Source: Microbacterium phage Sinatra. Taken from it: DNA of 32,000 nucleotides. A program made the translations under genes and the position numbers. This document shows positions 18,384 to 26,394 of this stretch, one piece after another (the first letter of the stretch is position 1; every line of letters starts with the position of its first letter). Below the pieces are notes generated by a model. It made no database searches, was not told the origin of the DNA, and saw only the letters and a list, made by a program, of their open reading frames with translations. The stretch lies in the sequence record MK937602.1. One strand, given 5' to 3'.

Positions 18384-19603
18384 TTCTTGGTTCCCTTCTT
18401 CTGGTTGGGGTAGTAGTCCAGGGGGTCACCCGTGGTCACGTACCTGGTTCGCTGCTCGATCTCGCTGGTGCCGTGCATCAGGTCCGCAACGGTGAGGTCC
18501 TTATAGTTGCACATATATCCGGAGCAGGCGTGCAGGTTGCGCTCGACGCAGTCGGGGTCGTCCCACGAGTAGTTCAGCAGGCGCTTCGCCGTGGTCCTGA
18601 ACGACTTCCACTGGCGCTCAGCCTGCTCCGGCGTGAACGTGAGCCGGTCCCGGCGGAAGGTGTCGGTGTAGTCCCGGTGCTTCAGCTCCACCAGGAACTC
18701 CTCCACGTAGGCTCGCTCCTTGGGGTCCTCGATGGCCAGCAGGAACTTCCCCTTGATACGTGTGGCCAGGTTGTTCTCGATGAGCCACTCTTCGTAGACT
18801 GGCAGCGTGGTCCCGCTGGGCTTGAGCGTCCTACTCTGCAACCCCTTGGTCGTCAGGCTGGGCGTCTTGATGGCACTCGTCCGCATGTAGTCGTAGATGA
18901 AGCCCTTGGGCTGCGGCAGGCCGAGCGCCAGGTACTCGGGGGCTTCCTCGCATGCCCAGAGGTAGGAGTAGTGCTGGAAGGCGAGTTCCCGGTAGCGCCA
19001 GTCGGGGAGCGTGGCGTGGGTCTTGTGGTCACCGAGCCAGATGTCGCCAGCTTCGTCCTGCCACACGATGTCGATGCGCCCCCGGTACAGCACCCGACCG
19101 CCGAACATGGGGCGCTCTACGGTCAGCTCAACGGCGATGGGGGTCAGCTTCTCTGTGCGATAGACCCACTCGTAGGAGAGCATCAGGTTATAGCACTCCT
19201 CGGCCAGGCCAGCAGTCTCCTCCTCGAAGGTGGTTCGCTCAGCTTCCTCGATGAGCTCCTGGTGCTTGGCCCGCCAGTCGCCGCCCTTGCCCCGCTCCTC
19301 CAGGAGAGCGTGGACCCAGGTGCCACGGGTGAGAGGCTTCTTCTCAATGCGCGTGCGGAGGCCCAGGACGTAGGCGTAGTACGTCTCGCGGGGGCACTCA
19401 ACGAACTTGGACACCATGGACTGAGTGATGACAGGCTTGCCGTCATCCGTCATGGGCCAGTTGCCCCGGTACTTGCGAGGAGGCTTGGTCCCCGTGCTGG
19501 GAAGCTGCTTCGCCTTGCCCTTAGAACTCTGCGAGGGCTTCACCGCCCCAGCAGCGCGAGATCGTGACGTCCGCTTTGAGGTAGAACTTTCGCGTGAGAC
19601 CAT
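18380..19603 (-). CDS. PD-(D/E)XK (Cas4/RecB-like) nuclease
   Basis: 407 aa; ITQSMVSKFVECPRETYYAYVLG..RGTWVHALLEERG...VLYRGRIDIVWQDEAGDIWLGDHKTH (GxxD...D-x-K) typical of PDDEXK_1. Cys residues near C-terminus (DDPDCVERNLHACSGYMCNYKDL) suggest Fe-S/Zn cluster. Confidence 0.85.
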   Translation of the reverse strand: MVSRESSTSKRTSRSRAAGAVKPSQSSKGKAKQLPSTGTKPPRKYRGNWPMTDDGKPVITQSMVSKFVECPRETYYAYVLGLRTRIEKKPLTRGTWVHALLEERGKGGDWRAKHQELIEEAERTTFEEETAGLAEECYNLMLSYEWVYRTEKLTPIAVELTVERPMFGGRVLYRGRIDIVWQDEAGDIWLGDHKTHATLPDWRYRELAFQHYSYLWACEEAPEYLALGLPQPKGFIYDYMRTSAIKTPSLTTKGLQSRTLKPSGTTLPVYEEWLIENNLATRIKGKFLLAIEDPKERAYVEEFLVELKHRDYTDTFRRDRLTFTPEQAERQWKSFRTTAKRLLNYSWDDPDCVERNLHACSGYMCNYKDLTVADLMHGTSEIEQRTRYVTTGDPLDYYPNQKKGTKK

Positions 19604-21371
19604 TGTCAGCCCTTTCCATTGTCTCTTTTACGATCCTGCCAACCTTGCGAGCCGTGCTGTATGGGGCAGTCAGGCAGACGCTGTCGTGGACCGTGGTTAT
19701 TAGCTTAGCCCCCAGTGCAGGCAGGCGCAAGTCCCTAGCCAAGCGCCCCAGACTGATGAGCATGAAGTCAGAGCCGGTGCTCTGCACAGGAGAGTTGATC
19801 GCCTGTCGGAAGGCGTTCTCCTGAACCCAGTAGTCATCGGCGTACACCTTGGGCAAGTGACGGAAGCGGCCGAACTCGTTGTGGACGCCCCCGTACTCAA
19901 TAGCTTCCTGCCGCTGCTTCCGATACCAAGGCTGAAGCCCTGCGAACGTGGCGAAGAACTCCTCGCGGAAGGCCTCGGCCTCCTTGGGGGTGATCTTGAC
20001 GCCGTAGTTCTCAAACAGGTAGTTCGCGAAGTGCTTGGCATGCATTCCGTACAGGAAGCCGAAGTTGACACCCTTGGCCAACGACCGATGCTCCTTGGTG
20101 ATGTCGTCGCTGCGCACCAGCCGCTTCGCCATATAGGTATGGATGTCCTCGCCCGTTTCGAACAGGCGAAGCATCTCCCTGTCACCTGACATGACGGCAG
20201 CCACACGGAGCTCAAGCTGGCTGAAGTCTACTTCGATCCACGCCTGCCCGCGCTCCCCGAAGAGGTTACGTGTGGCCCTGTCGCGCGGGATCTGCTGCGA
20301 GTTGAGGCCCGACTTGTCACCGGGGTCGCTGCTGGACAGCCTGCCCGTGACCGTGCCCGTGAGCTTGAAGCTGGTGCCGATGCGTCCGTCTCGGGTACGC
20401 TGCTCAATCGGCACCAGGAACCCGGTGAGCTGCTTATAGAGAGTGCTGCGCTCACTGAGCAGCCTTGCGGCCGGATGGTCGATCTTGGCCAGGTCCTCCT
20501 GAGAGAGGCCGGGGTTGCCATCGGGCCAGGTCTTGGTCGGCTTGGTGCGCCGGGGGCACATGGCTCCCTGATGAACGTAGAGCCACCACTTAGTCCAGTT
20601 GGTCGCTCCCCACTTGGGCTTCGTCTTCTGCAGCCAGTCGGGCCACTGCTCCTTCGGCGGGATGCTGGCGTCCAGCTTCTGCTCGATCTCGTGGATCCGC
20701 TGCTCCACCTGGTCCTTCGTCTTCCTGACAAGGCCCATCCGGACGGGCAGCTTATTGTCTTCCATCTGCCGGAGGGCAGGGCTGGCAGGAAGCATGACCT
20801 CCCGCATCACGCGCACCGGGTCCTCGTGGGGCTTCAGGTTCTTCTTGATGTGGCGTCGCTGCCACTTCATCAGCTCCCTGGTGATGTGAACGTCCTTGCC
20901 CGCGTAGACGCTGACCCGCTTCTTGCTGGCTGCGGGCAGCTTGCGCTCAGCCCAGGTCTGCCCGAACTCGTCGCCGAAGTGGCTGACGTCGTCGTCAGAC
21001 CAGTCTTCATAACCCAGCAGCCGCATCCCCAGCGCCTTCAGGCCGACGGGGTGGTTCTCGTCCAGCAGGTGCGCCATGAACATCGTGTCCCAGGTGACGC
21101 GCACCCTGGCACCGTAGCTCTCCAGCCAGCGGCAGTCGAACGGGGAGTTGTGTGCGACCCCGCTGCGGATACGGAGCTTGGAGATCTCCTGCGGGCTGCG
21201 GGGCCACCAGACCATGACATCATCTCGGTCATACGGTGCGAAGGCCACACAGAGAAGCTGGCCTCCGCTGACGTGAAGAGACGTGGTCTCGATGTCAAAG
21301 ATGAGCGGGGCGGTGGACTGGGCGAGGTACGCCTTGACCTCGTGCCAGTCGTCGCTGACAAGTAGTTGCAT
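19521..21371 (-). CDS. family A DNA polymerase with 3'-5' exonuclease domain
   Basis: 616 aa; exo motif PLIFDIETTSL; polymerase motif A WIEVDFSQLELRVAAVMSGD, O-helix region HRSLAKGVNFGFLYG, motif C TTVHDSV. Confidence 0.95.
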   Translation of the reverse strand: MQLLVSDDWHEVKAYLAQSTAPLIFDIETTSLHVSGGQLLCVAFAPYDRDDVMVWWPRSPQEISKLRIRSGVAHNSPFDCRWLESYGARVRVTWDTMFMAHLLDENHPVGLKALGMRLLGYEDWSDDDVSHFGDEFGQTWAERKLPAASKKRVSVYAGKDVHITRELMKWQRRHIKKNLKPHEDPVRVMREVMLPASPALRQMEDNKLPVRMGLVRKTKDQVEQRIHEIEQKLDASIPPKEQWPDWLQKTKPKWGATNWTKWWLYVHQGAMCPRRTKPTKTWPDGNPGLSQEDLAKIDHPAARLLSERSTLYKQLTGFLVPIEQRTRDGRIGTSFKLTGTVTGRLSSSDPGDKSGLNSQQIPRDRATRNLFGERGQAWIEVDFSQLELRVAAVMSGDREMLRLFETGEDIHTYMAKRLVRSDDITKEHRSLAKGVNFGFLYGMHAKHFANYLFENYGVKITPKEAEAFREEFFATFAGLQPWYRKQRQEAIEYGGVHNEFGRFRHLPKVYADDYWVQENAFRQAINSPVQSTGSDFMLISLGRLARDLRLPALGAKLITTVHDSVCLTAPYSTARKVGRIVKETMERADNGLTRKFYLKADVTISRCWGGEALAEF

Positions 21372-21416
21372 AGGTGGAACTCCTACTTAGGAATGGGGCT
21401 GTGAAGTTGTGAAGAG

Positions 21417-21495
21417 TAGACCGCCCAGGACTCGAACCTGGACCGAGGGTGCGCGATGCTTTTCCCCTCGCCTCTGCCCGTTGGGGTAGCGGCCT
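21417..21495 (-). tRNA. tRNA-like element of undetermined isotype (aberrant anticodon arm; possibly degenerate or non-canonical)
   Basis: Minus strand 5' AGGCCGC pairs over 7 nt with GCGGTCT (one G-T); perfect 5-bp T arm CCAGG-TTCGAGT-CCTGG with canonical T loop; D-arm-like TACCCCAACGGGCAGAGG; the anticodon-arm region only folds as CGAGGG/CCCTCG with a 15-nt loop. No encoded CCA. Confidence 0.5.
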
Positions 21496-21503
21496 TAGTG
21501 GCA

Positions 21504-21542
21504 GGACCCCCGGCACCTGTTCGGGTCAAGTACCGGGGGTCC
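21504..21542 (-). terminator. strong hairpin, probable terminator of the H1-like gene
   Basis: Perfect 10-bp stem GGACCCCCGG (21504-21513) / CCGGGGGTCC (21533-21542), 19-nt loop, just past the stop at 21550. Confidence 0.6.
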
Positions 21543-21549
21543 ACACGGC

Positions 21550-21981
21550 TCAGCGCTGGGGGCGCTTGCGAGCCGTGGTCTTGGCGGGAGCGGCCTTGGC
21601 CGACGCCGCCTTGGTCGTGCGCTTGGCTGCGGGCTTCGCTGCGGCCTTCGCCGGGGCTGCCTTCTTGGCCGTGGCCTTGGGGGCGGGCTTCTCGTCGGCC
21701 TCGGCGCGGCTGCCGCGCTCCAGGGTCCAGCCGGTGGGGAGCTCGTTGACGCCGTCGATGGTCTGCGCGACCAGGTCGTCCAGGGTGCCCTCGTTGATCG
21801 CGTTGACGAAGGCGAAGTACGCCAGCGCTCGGAGACCCTTGAGGCGGCTGCGCTTGACCGAGACGCCGAAGGTCTCGACGACCTGCTGGATGGCGTCCTC
21901 GATGATGGCCTTGGGGGTCGGCTCGGCCTCGGTGGCCTCGATCTCCTCGTCCAGGACGGCTGCGGTGTTCTTCGTGGCCAT
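21550..21981 (-). CDS. histone H1-like basic DNA-binding protein
   Basis: 143 aa; C-terminal KAAPAKAAAKPAAKRTTKAASAKAAPAKTTARKRPQR. Confidence 0.65.
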   Translation of the reverse strand: MATKNTAAVLDEEIEATEAEPTPKAIIEDAIQQVVETFGVSVKRSRLKGLRALAYFAFVNAINEGTLDDLVAQTIDGVNELPTGWTLERGSRAEADEKPAPKATAKKAAPAKAAAKPAAKRTTKAASAKAAPAKTTARKRPQR

Positions 21982-22044
21982 GATGTTCTCCTTGTTGGTT
22001 GGCCGGATGGTGGACTTGCCGGGGCTGCTTGCCCTGTAACCTCT

Positions 22045-22073
22045 ACAGTAGCATCACCGGCACTACCCTCCAA
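22045..22073 (-). promoter_or_regulatory. predicted phage promoter upstream of the H1-like gene (leadered)
   Basis: Minus strand TTGGAG (22073-22068) N17 TACTGT (22050-22045). Confidence 0.6.
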
Positions 22074-23442
22074 GACCGTGCTGGGAAATTCTTGCGACGG
22101 TCTTCTTGAGATGGTCGTGGTCCTCCTGCAGGGTGACCCACACGTCCTCGTCCACGGTGCCCTTCCCGCACAGGAACCAGACGGTCGGGCTGGCAGGCGA
22201 CAGCTTGATGCGGTCGCTGGCCTGCTTGAACGTGACGTACGAGAAGTCGCTGGTGTACCAGATCAGGTCGTTGGCCACCGAGATGTCCACGGCCATCGCC
22301 ACGGTCCGGGGCTGCACCAGCAGCACGCGCACGTCGCGGTCACGCTGGAAGTCCTCGATGACCCAGTTCTTGTCCTTGGTCTTGCCCGTGATGACCCGGT
22401 AGCCCAAGCCCTGCCGCTTGAGCCAGCGCTCCACCAGCCGGATCTCGCGGATGTGCGTGCAGGCGATAATGATCTTGCCCTTGCAGCGCCTCTTCACGAT
22501 GTGGCCAAGGGCACCCAGGCGGGCACGGGCAGCTTCCGGAACGGTGAACTGGTTGTCCTCGTCGTCGGTGACCCATCCTGCGACAAGGGTACGCATACGG
22601 AGCAGCCTAGTCAGGGGGTTGAGGGCTGCCACGTCGTGCCCCAGCATGTCCTCCACGACCCCCTTCTTGAGAAGCGTCTTGTGCCACTTCATGATCTGGC
22701 TGGGCACGGGGTAGCGCACCTTGCGGACGGGCACGGGGTCGCCAGCGCCGGTCATCGTGATGACATGGGGCTGGATGTAGGCGTTCAGCTCGTACTGGTT
22801 CCGCGGACGGACAAGCTCGGGGAAGCCCTTCTTGGTGGTCCACTCGCCGAAGTGCTCACGGAAGTCGCGGGCTGTCTCCCAGTGATCCCTAATGCTGGGG
22901 TCCAGGAACGTCCACTGCCCGTAGACGGCATCGACCTGGCTGGGGTTGGTGACGGGGGTGCCAGTCATCAGGAGCCGATAGTGCCACTGGTGCGCCAGCG
23001 GCCGGATGTTGCGGCCTGTCACCCCGGACGGCTTCTTGATGATGTGGCTCTCGTCCAGCAGCATCGCGCCTTGCCCCTGGCACAAGTCCGACATCTTCTT
23101 CAGGAAGGGCTTCAGCCGCTTGAACGGACCCTTGGTGAACTGCTCGTAGTTGACGAACAGGATGGTGATGCCCTTGAACTGGCTGGGGTCGGGGTACTCG
23201 TTGCCAGCCGTCAGCGGGAAGAAGCGATACTCCTTGCGGAGCCACTTGGCAGCTTCCGTCTTCCATGTGGCCTCAGCCACCTTCGGCCCCAGCACCACGG
23301 CCACACGGGGGGCAACGTGCTCTATCCACCGGAGGGCGACTGCGGTCTTGCCCGAACGCGGCTCTGCCCAGAGGGCAGCGAAGTGACGGCCAGGCTCGCA
23401 CAGCCGTTCCAACGCTACCCTCTGGGAATCACGGAGCTGCAT
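22063..23442 (-). CDS. SNF2-like DEAD/DEAH superfamily 2 helicase
   Basis: MQLRDSQRVALERLCEPGRHFAALWAEPRSGKTAVALRWIEH; motif II AMLLDESHIIKKPSG; motif III RLLMTGTPVTN; C-terminal KIIIACTHIREIRLVERWLKRQG..VITGKTKDKNWVIEDFQ...QASDRIKL; start chosen by TGATG overlap. Confidence 0.88.
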   Translation of the reverse strand: MQLRDSQRVALERLCEPGRHFAALWAEPRSGKTAVALRWIEHVAPRVAVVLGPKVAEATWKTEAAKWLRKEYRFFPLTAGNEYPDPSQFKGITILFVNYEQFTKGPFKRLKPFLKKMSDLCQGQGAMLLDESHIIKKPSGVTGRNIRPLAHQWHYRLLMTGTPVTNPSQVDAVYGQWTFLDPSIRDHWETARDFREHFGEWTTKKGFPELVRPRNQYELNAYIQPHVITMTGAGDPVPVRKVRYPVPSQIMKWHKTLLKKGVVEDMLGHDVAALNPLTRLLRMRTLVAGWVTDDEDNQFTVPEAARARLGALGHIVKRRCKGKIIIACTHIREIRLVERWLKRQGLGYRVITGKTKDKNWVIEDFQRDRDVRVLLVQPRTVAMAVDISVANDLIWYTSDFSYVTFKQASDRIKLSPASPTVWFLCGKGTVDEDVWVTLQEDHDHLKKTVARISQHGLGG

Positions 23443-23582
23443 CACACTCGCCCCGTTGCATGCCAGATCCACACCGTGCGGATGTCCACCTGGTAGATGC
23501 GGGCCAGGGCTTCCATGTAGCGCCTGTTCGCCTGGATGGCGATGCGCTCCAGGACAAGGCGGAACTCCTTCTCCAGGTCCAT
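23442..23582 (-). CDS. 46-aa micro-ORF
   Basis: MDLEKEFRLVLERIAIQANRRYMEALARIYQVDIRTVWIWHATGRV; TGATG overlaps at both ends (with 23582..23806 stop and 22063..23442 start), exactly filling the gap. Confidence 0.75.
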   Translation of the reverse strand: MDLEKEFRLVLERIAIQANRRYMEALARIYQVDIRTVWIWHATGRV

Positions 23583-23806
23583 CACAGGGTCACCTCCCAC
23601 CAGCGCCAGGTGAACACCACGATGTCCTGCTGGCGGTCTTCCTCCCGGGTCAGTGTGGCCTCGGCGGGCACCCCTGCACGGCTGGCCCGTGCCTGGATGT
23701 CCTCCTCCAGGTCGCCCCTGGATTCCGTCAGGAGCAGCTTGCTCACTTCGTAGGCGTAGGTCTTGACCTCGATCTGGGGGCGCTGCCCCGTCACCAGCTT
23801 GGCCAT
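23582..23806 (-). CDS. hypothetical protein (74 aa from MAKLVTG)
   Basis: ATG at 23806 overlaps or abuts upstream stop at 23808; the upstream extension to 23896 in the track lies inside the previous gene. Confidence 0.6.
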   Translation of the reverse strand: MAKLVTGQRPQIEVKTYAYEVSKLLLTESRGDLEEDIQARASRAGVPAEATLTREEDRQQDIVVFTWRWWEVTL

Positions 23807-23807
23807 G

Positions 23808-24626
23808 TCACACCCTCCAGGCTTCCAGGTCACCCATGCCCTCGCCGATGATGCCTGCCAGGTTCGGGCGGAAGTAGTTCGGCCCCTTCTTGACACGGCC
23901 AGGGAAGATGCCGTCGGGGTCGTTCTCCCCGGCGATGATCGCCTTGCCGTCCTCCCCGAACTTGCTCATGTTGCTGCGGTGGACCTCATCGAAGAGCACG
24001 CGGGCATCCAGCCCGGTCTCAACCATCAGGCCGAACACCACGTAGAGCAGGTCAACGCACGCGTCGGCCGTCTCCACGATGTCGCCGACCACCAGCGCGT
24101 CCTGGAGCTCCTGGAACTCCTCCTCGATGAGCTGCACCCGAAGGCCGATACGCTCTTCGGGCAGCGGGGTCGCCTTGGACAGCACGGGGAGATCCATGGC
24201 GCGCTGGAACTCCACGACGGCAGCCTGCATCGGGTTGATGATGGTGGCCTCCGTCACGGCGCTGGCAGCGTGCCCCCGTGCATACGTCTGGATGACCTCC
24301 CACTGGGCAGCCGTGAACACCTGGCCTCCCAGCTCCACCGTGTGACCCTGCACGGGGCGGGCCAGCACGTAGTCGCCCCCGCTGGTGTGGCCGACCGGCT
24401 GGTACTGGTCCTCGAACTGCTCAGCGCTGTACGGAACGAAGCTGCCGTCTCCCATCTTGACGATGTAGTCGCCGGGGACTGCCGTGTGCTTGCCCAGCAC
24501 GATCCACCAGCCGTCGCTGGACGACTGCACCTTGTTCCCGCTGCACCACTTGGCGACCTCGTCTACGCGGGCCACATCGAAGCGCTGGGCCTCCACGGTG
24601 CTGTTCTTGATCTGGTACTCGCTCAC
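23808..24626 (-). CDS. MazG-like nucleotide pyrophosphohydrolase with extra N-terminal domain
   Basis: 272 aa; LRVQLIEEEFQELQDALVVGDIVETADACVDLLYVVFGLMVETGLDARVLFDEVHRSNMSKFG with ExxE and D-x3-D MazG-type metal motifs. Confidence 0.75.
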   Translation of the reverse strand: MSEYQIKNSTVEAQRFDVARVDEVAKWCSGNKVQSSSDGWWIVLGKHTAVPGDYIVKMGDGSFVPYSAEQFEDQYQPVGHTSGGDYVLARPVQGHTVELGGQVFTAAQWEVIQTYARGHAASAVTEATIINPMQAAVVEFQRAMDLPVLSKATPLPEERIGLRVQLIEEEFQELQDALVVGDIVETADACVDLLYVVFGLMVETGLDARVLFDEVHRSNMSKFGEDGKAIIAGENDPDGIFPGRVKKGPNYFRPNLAGIIGEGMGDLEAWRV

Positions 24627-25435
24627 TGGGGGTTACCCTTTCTCTCCTTGCGGACGAACCGCTGTTCCTTTTCGAATGCTTCTGTCATGCGGTCAACCTC
24701 GTCCCAGTTCACCAGGCGGGGGTCCTTGGGGTCCTCGCTGCTGAACGGGCTGATGACGACCTGCACTGCTGCGGCGAAGCCGTGGGCCTCGTCCTTCAGG
24801 GAGGCCTTCACCTTGGGGTCGTCCTCCTGGTCCGCCAGCAGGGCGAGGTCATTGTAGGCGTTGTAGAGCTTGCGTGTGATCTGCGCCCCGACCACGTCCC
24901 CGGCCTTGAGGACCGAGTTGAAGCGCACGCGCCGGTCACGAACATGCGAGAAGGCGCTGGTGACCAAGTACCGGGCGATCTCCTCGCTGGTCTCGTGGCC
25001 CGCGTCGAGCGCTGCCTCGATGGCTTCGGTGATGACATCCACCGTAGTCACGCGGCCTTCCCGCATGGACTCCCGGTCGTCAATGACTGCGAAGATGATG
25101 CCCTGCCCGCCGAAGACCTGCTCGTACTCGTGGCATTCGCAGGTGCATTTCAGATCCTTGCACGACTTGTGAGAATCTCGGTTGCTGCTGGGGTGAGCAC
25201 AGAAGCCTGACTTCGTCATGGGCTTGTGCCCCGACTTGCGCTCGGCCATCTTGACCTCCTTGTGTTTCTGGATGATAAGCCCCTCGTCAAAGTAGCGATC
25301 CAGTTCCTGGAGGGCTTCTCTGCGTGTGGCCTTGGACAGTGCCTTGTCTTCGGACCTGCCGTGCAGCACCCCCACCTTGAAGAGATGGTCGAAGTGGGGG
25401 TGCTGGCGGACGTCAGATCCGGTTCTGCTCTTCAT
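24623..25435 (-). CDS. hypothetical protein with Cys/His cluster
   Basis: 270 aa; CAHPSSNRDSHKSCKDLKCTCECH; ATGA overlap with downstream gene. The true start may be internal (MAERKSG...). Confidence 0.55.
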   Translation of the reverse strand: MKSRTGSDVRQHPHFDHLFKVGVLHGRSEDKALSKATRREALQELDRYFDEGLIIQKHKEVKMAERKSGHKPMTKSGFCAHPSSNRDSHKSCKDLKCTCECHEYEQVFGGQGIIFAVIDDRESMREGRVTTVDVITEAIEAALDAGHETSEEIARYLVTSAFSHVRDRRVRFNSVLKAGDVVGAQITRKLYNAYNDLALLADQEDDPKVKASLKDEAHGFAAAVQVVISPFSSEDPKDPRLVNWDEVDRMTEAFEKEQRFVRKERKGNPQ

Positions 25436-26000
25436 GCCTCAGCAGCTCCAGCAGCGACTCGTCGTCGTGGACCAGCCGCTCGGCCACGCTGCCCCATTCG
25501 AAGACGGGGCTGCTGAAGTCCACGAGACGCTGCGAGAAGCCCCCGCCATTCTCCAGGTCGTTGGTGACCTCCAGGACGGTGACCGTCTTGAAGAGGGAGA
25601 AGTCCTGCGCGTGGTTGTACTCCACCAGGAACTGAGTCCAGTAGGCATAGCCACGGGTCACGGACGCGAGCTTGCCCTTGTCGTACAGCTCGTCCTGGAT
25701 GCCTGCTGCCCGGTCGCGCTTGTGCAGCTTGACCACCAGGTGAGTGTCGGGCATGGCGAACACGGTGCGCACGCGGGGGTCGTTCCACTCGTGATCGGGC
25801 AGGGCCAGCCGGTAGATCATGTGAGTCAGCCAGTCGATGCGGTCGTACGTGATGGGCAGCTCCGGGGCTGCCAGGTGGTCGGCCTGCATGAGCGCGTGCT
25901 TGTCCTTGGTGACGTTATAGATGGCCTCCCCGCTGGCTGCGAGGTTGGCTGCGCTGGTGGACTTGCCGGTCTTGTCCGGGCCTTCGAATGCGATGAACAT
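25413..26000 (-). CDS. deoxynucleoside/thymidylate monophosphate kinase-like P-loop protein
   Basis: 195 aa; MFIAFEGPDKTGKSTSAANLA (Walker A, thymidylate-kinase-like GxDGxGKST variant), YDRIDWLTHMIY. Confidence 0.7.
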   Translation of the reverse strand: MFIAFEGPDKTGKSTSAANLAASGEAIYNVTKDKHALMQADHLAAPELPITYDRIDWLTHMIYRLALPDHEWNDPRVRTVFAMPDTHLVVKLHKRDRAAGIQDELYDKGKLASVTRGYAYWTQFLVEYNHAQDFSLFKTVTVLEVTNDLENGGGFSQRLVDFSSPVFEWGSVAERLVHDDESLLELLRHEEQNRI

Positions 26001-26033
26001 ATTGCTCTCCTTGATGTTGTTACTGCGGGGGCT

Positions 26034-26336
26034 TCAGGTGTTCTCACCGAACGTGGTGACGGCCAAGTGCAGCCCAGTCATGGTCTGCTGGTAGGCCACC
26101 TGTATGATCTGCAGGTCGGCTAGGTGCTTGGCCACAAGGTCGCCGAGCTTGATAGCCTTGCACGGCCACTCCCCGCACCCCTTGGAACAGGTGTGGACGT
26201 GGTCCGGGCAGTCTTCGTCACACGGGCTGACAGCGCCGTGCGTGTGGCTGGGGTTGACGCACATGGAGATGACTTCGTGCTGCACAGCCAGGGCGAGAAG
26301 GCGCTGGGCCTCTTCGATGAGCTCTTCTTCAGCCAT
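26034..26336 (-). CDS. hypothetical Cys/His-rich protein (100 aa)
   Basis: MAEEELIEEAQRLLALAVQHEVISMCVNPSHTHGAVSPCDEDCPDHVHTCSKGCGEWPC...; start at 26336, with AGAGA-rich upstream region. Confidence 0.6.
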   Translation of the reverse strand: MAEEELIEEAQRLLALAVQHEVISMCVNPSHTHGAVSPCDEDCPDHVHTCSKGCGEWPCKAIKLGDLVAKHLADLQIIQVAYQQTMTGLHLAVTTFGENT

Positions 26337-26394
26337 GATATTCTCTCTGTGAATGGGGGTGCCCGCTGGGGAAGTACGGGCACCCCCTTGTCCG

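Noticed and set aside
18247-18429. N-terminal extension of the Sak4-like ORF (MTPWTTTPTRRREPRSEE...)
   Set aside because: Out-of-frame reading through the nuclease 3' end and the 46-aa zinc micro-gene; the ATG at 18246 with ATGA overlap is better supported.
14927-19567. Plus-strand ORFs 14927..16495, 16681..18354 and 18473..19567
   Set aside because: Antisense to primase/helicase, SSB/Sak4 and nuclease genes. The Val/Leu-rich run in 16681..18354 is simply the reverse complement of the acidic codon repeat.
21417-21495. Assigning a specific tRNA isotype (Phe-AAA or Ala-CGC readings considered)
   Set aside because: Neither placement gives a U33-containing 7-nt loop on a paired 5-bp stem; isotype left undetermined.
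22078-23496. Plus-strand 472-aa ORF
   Set aside because: Antisense shadow of the SNF2-like helicase; no recognizable motifs.
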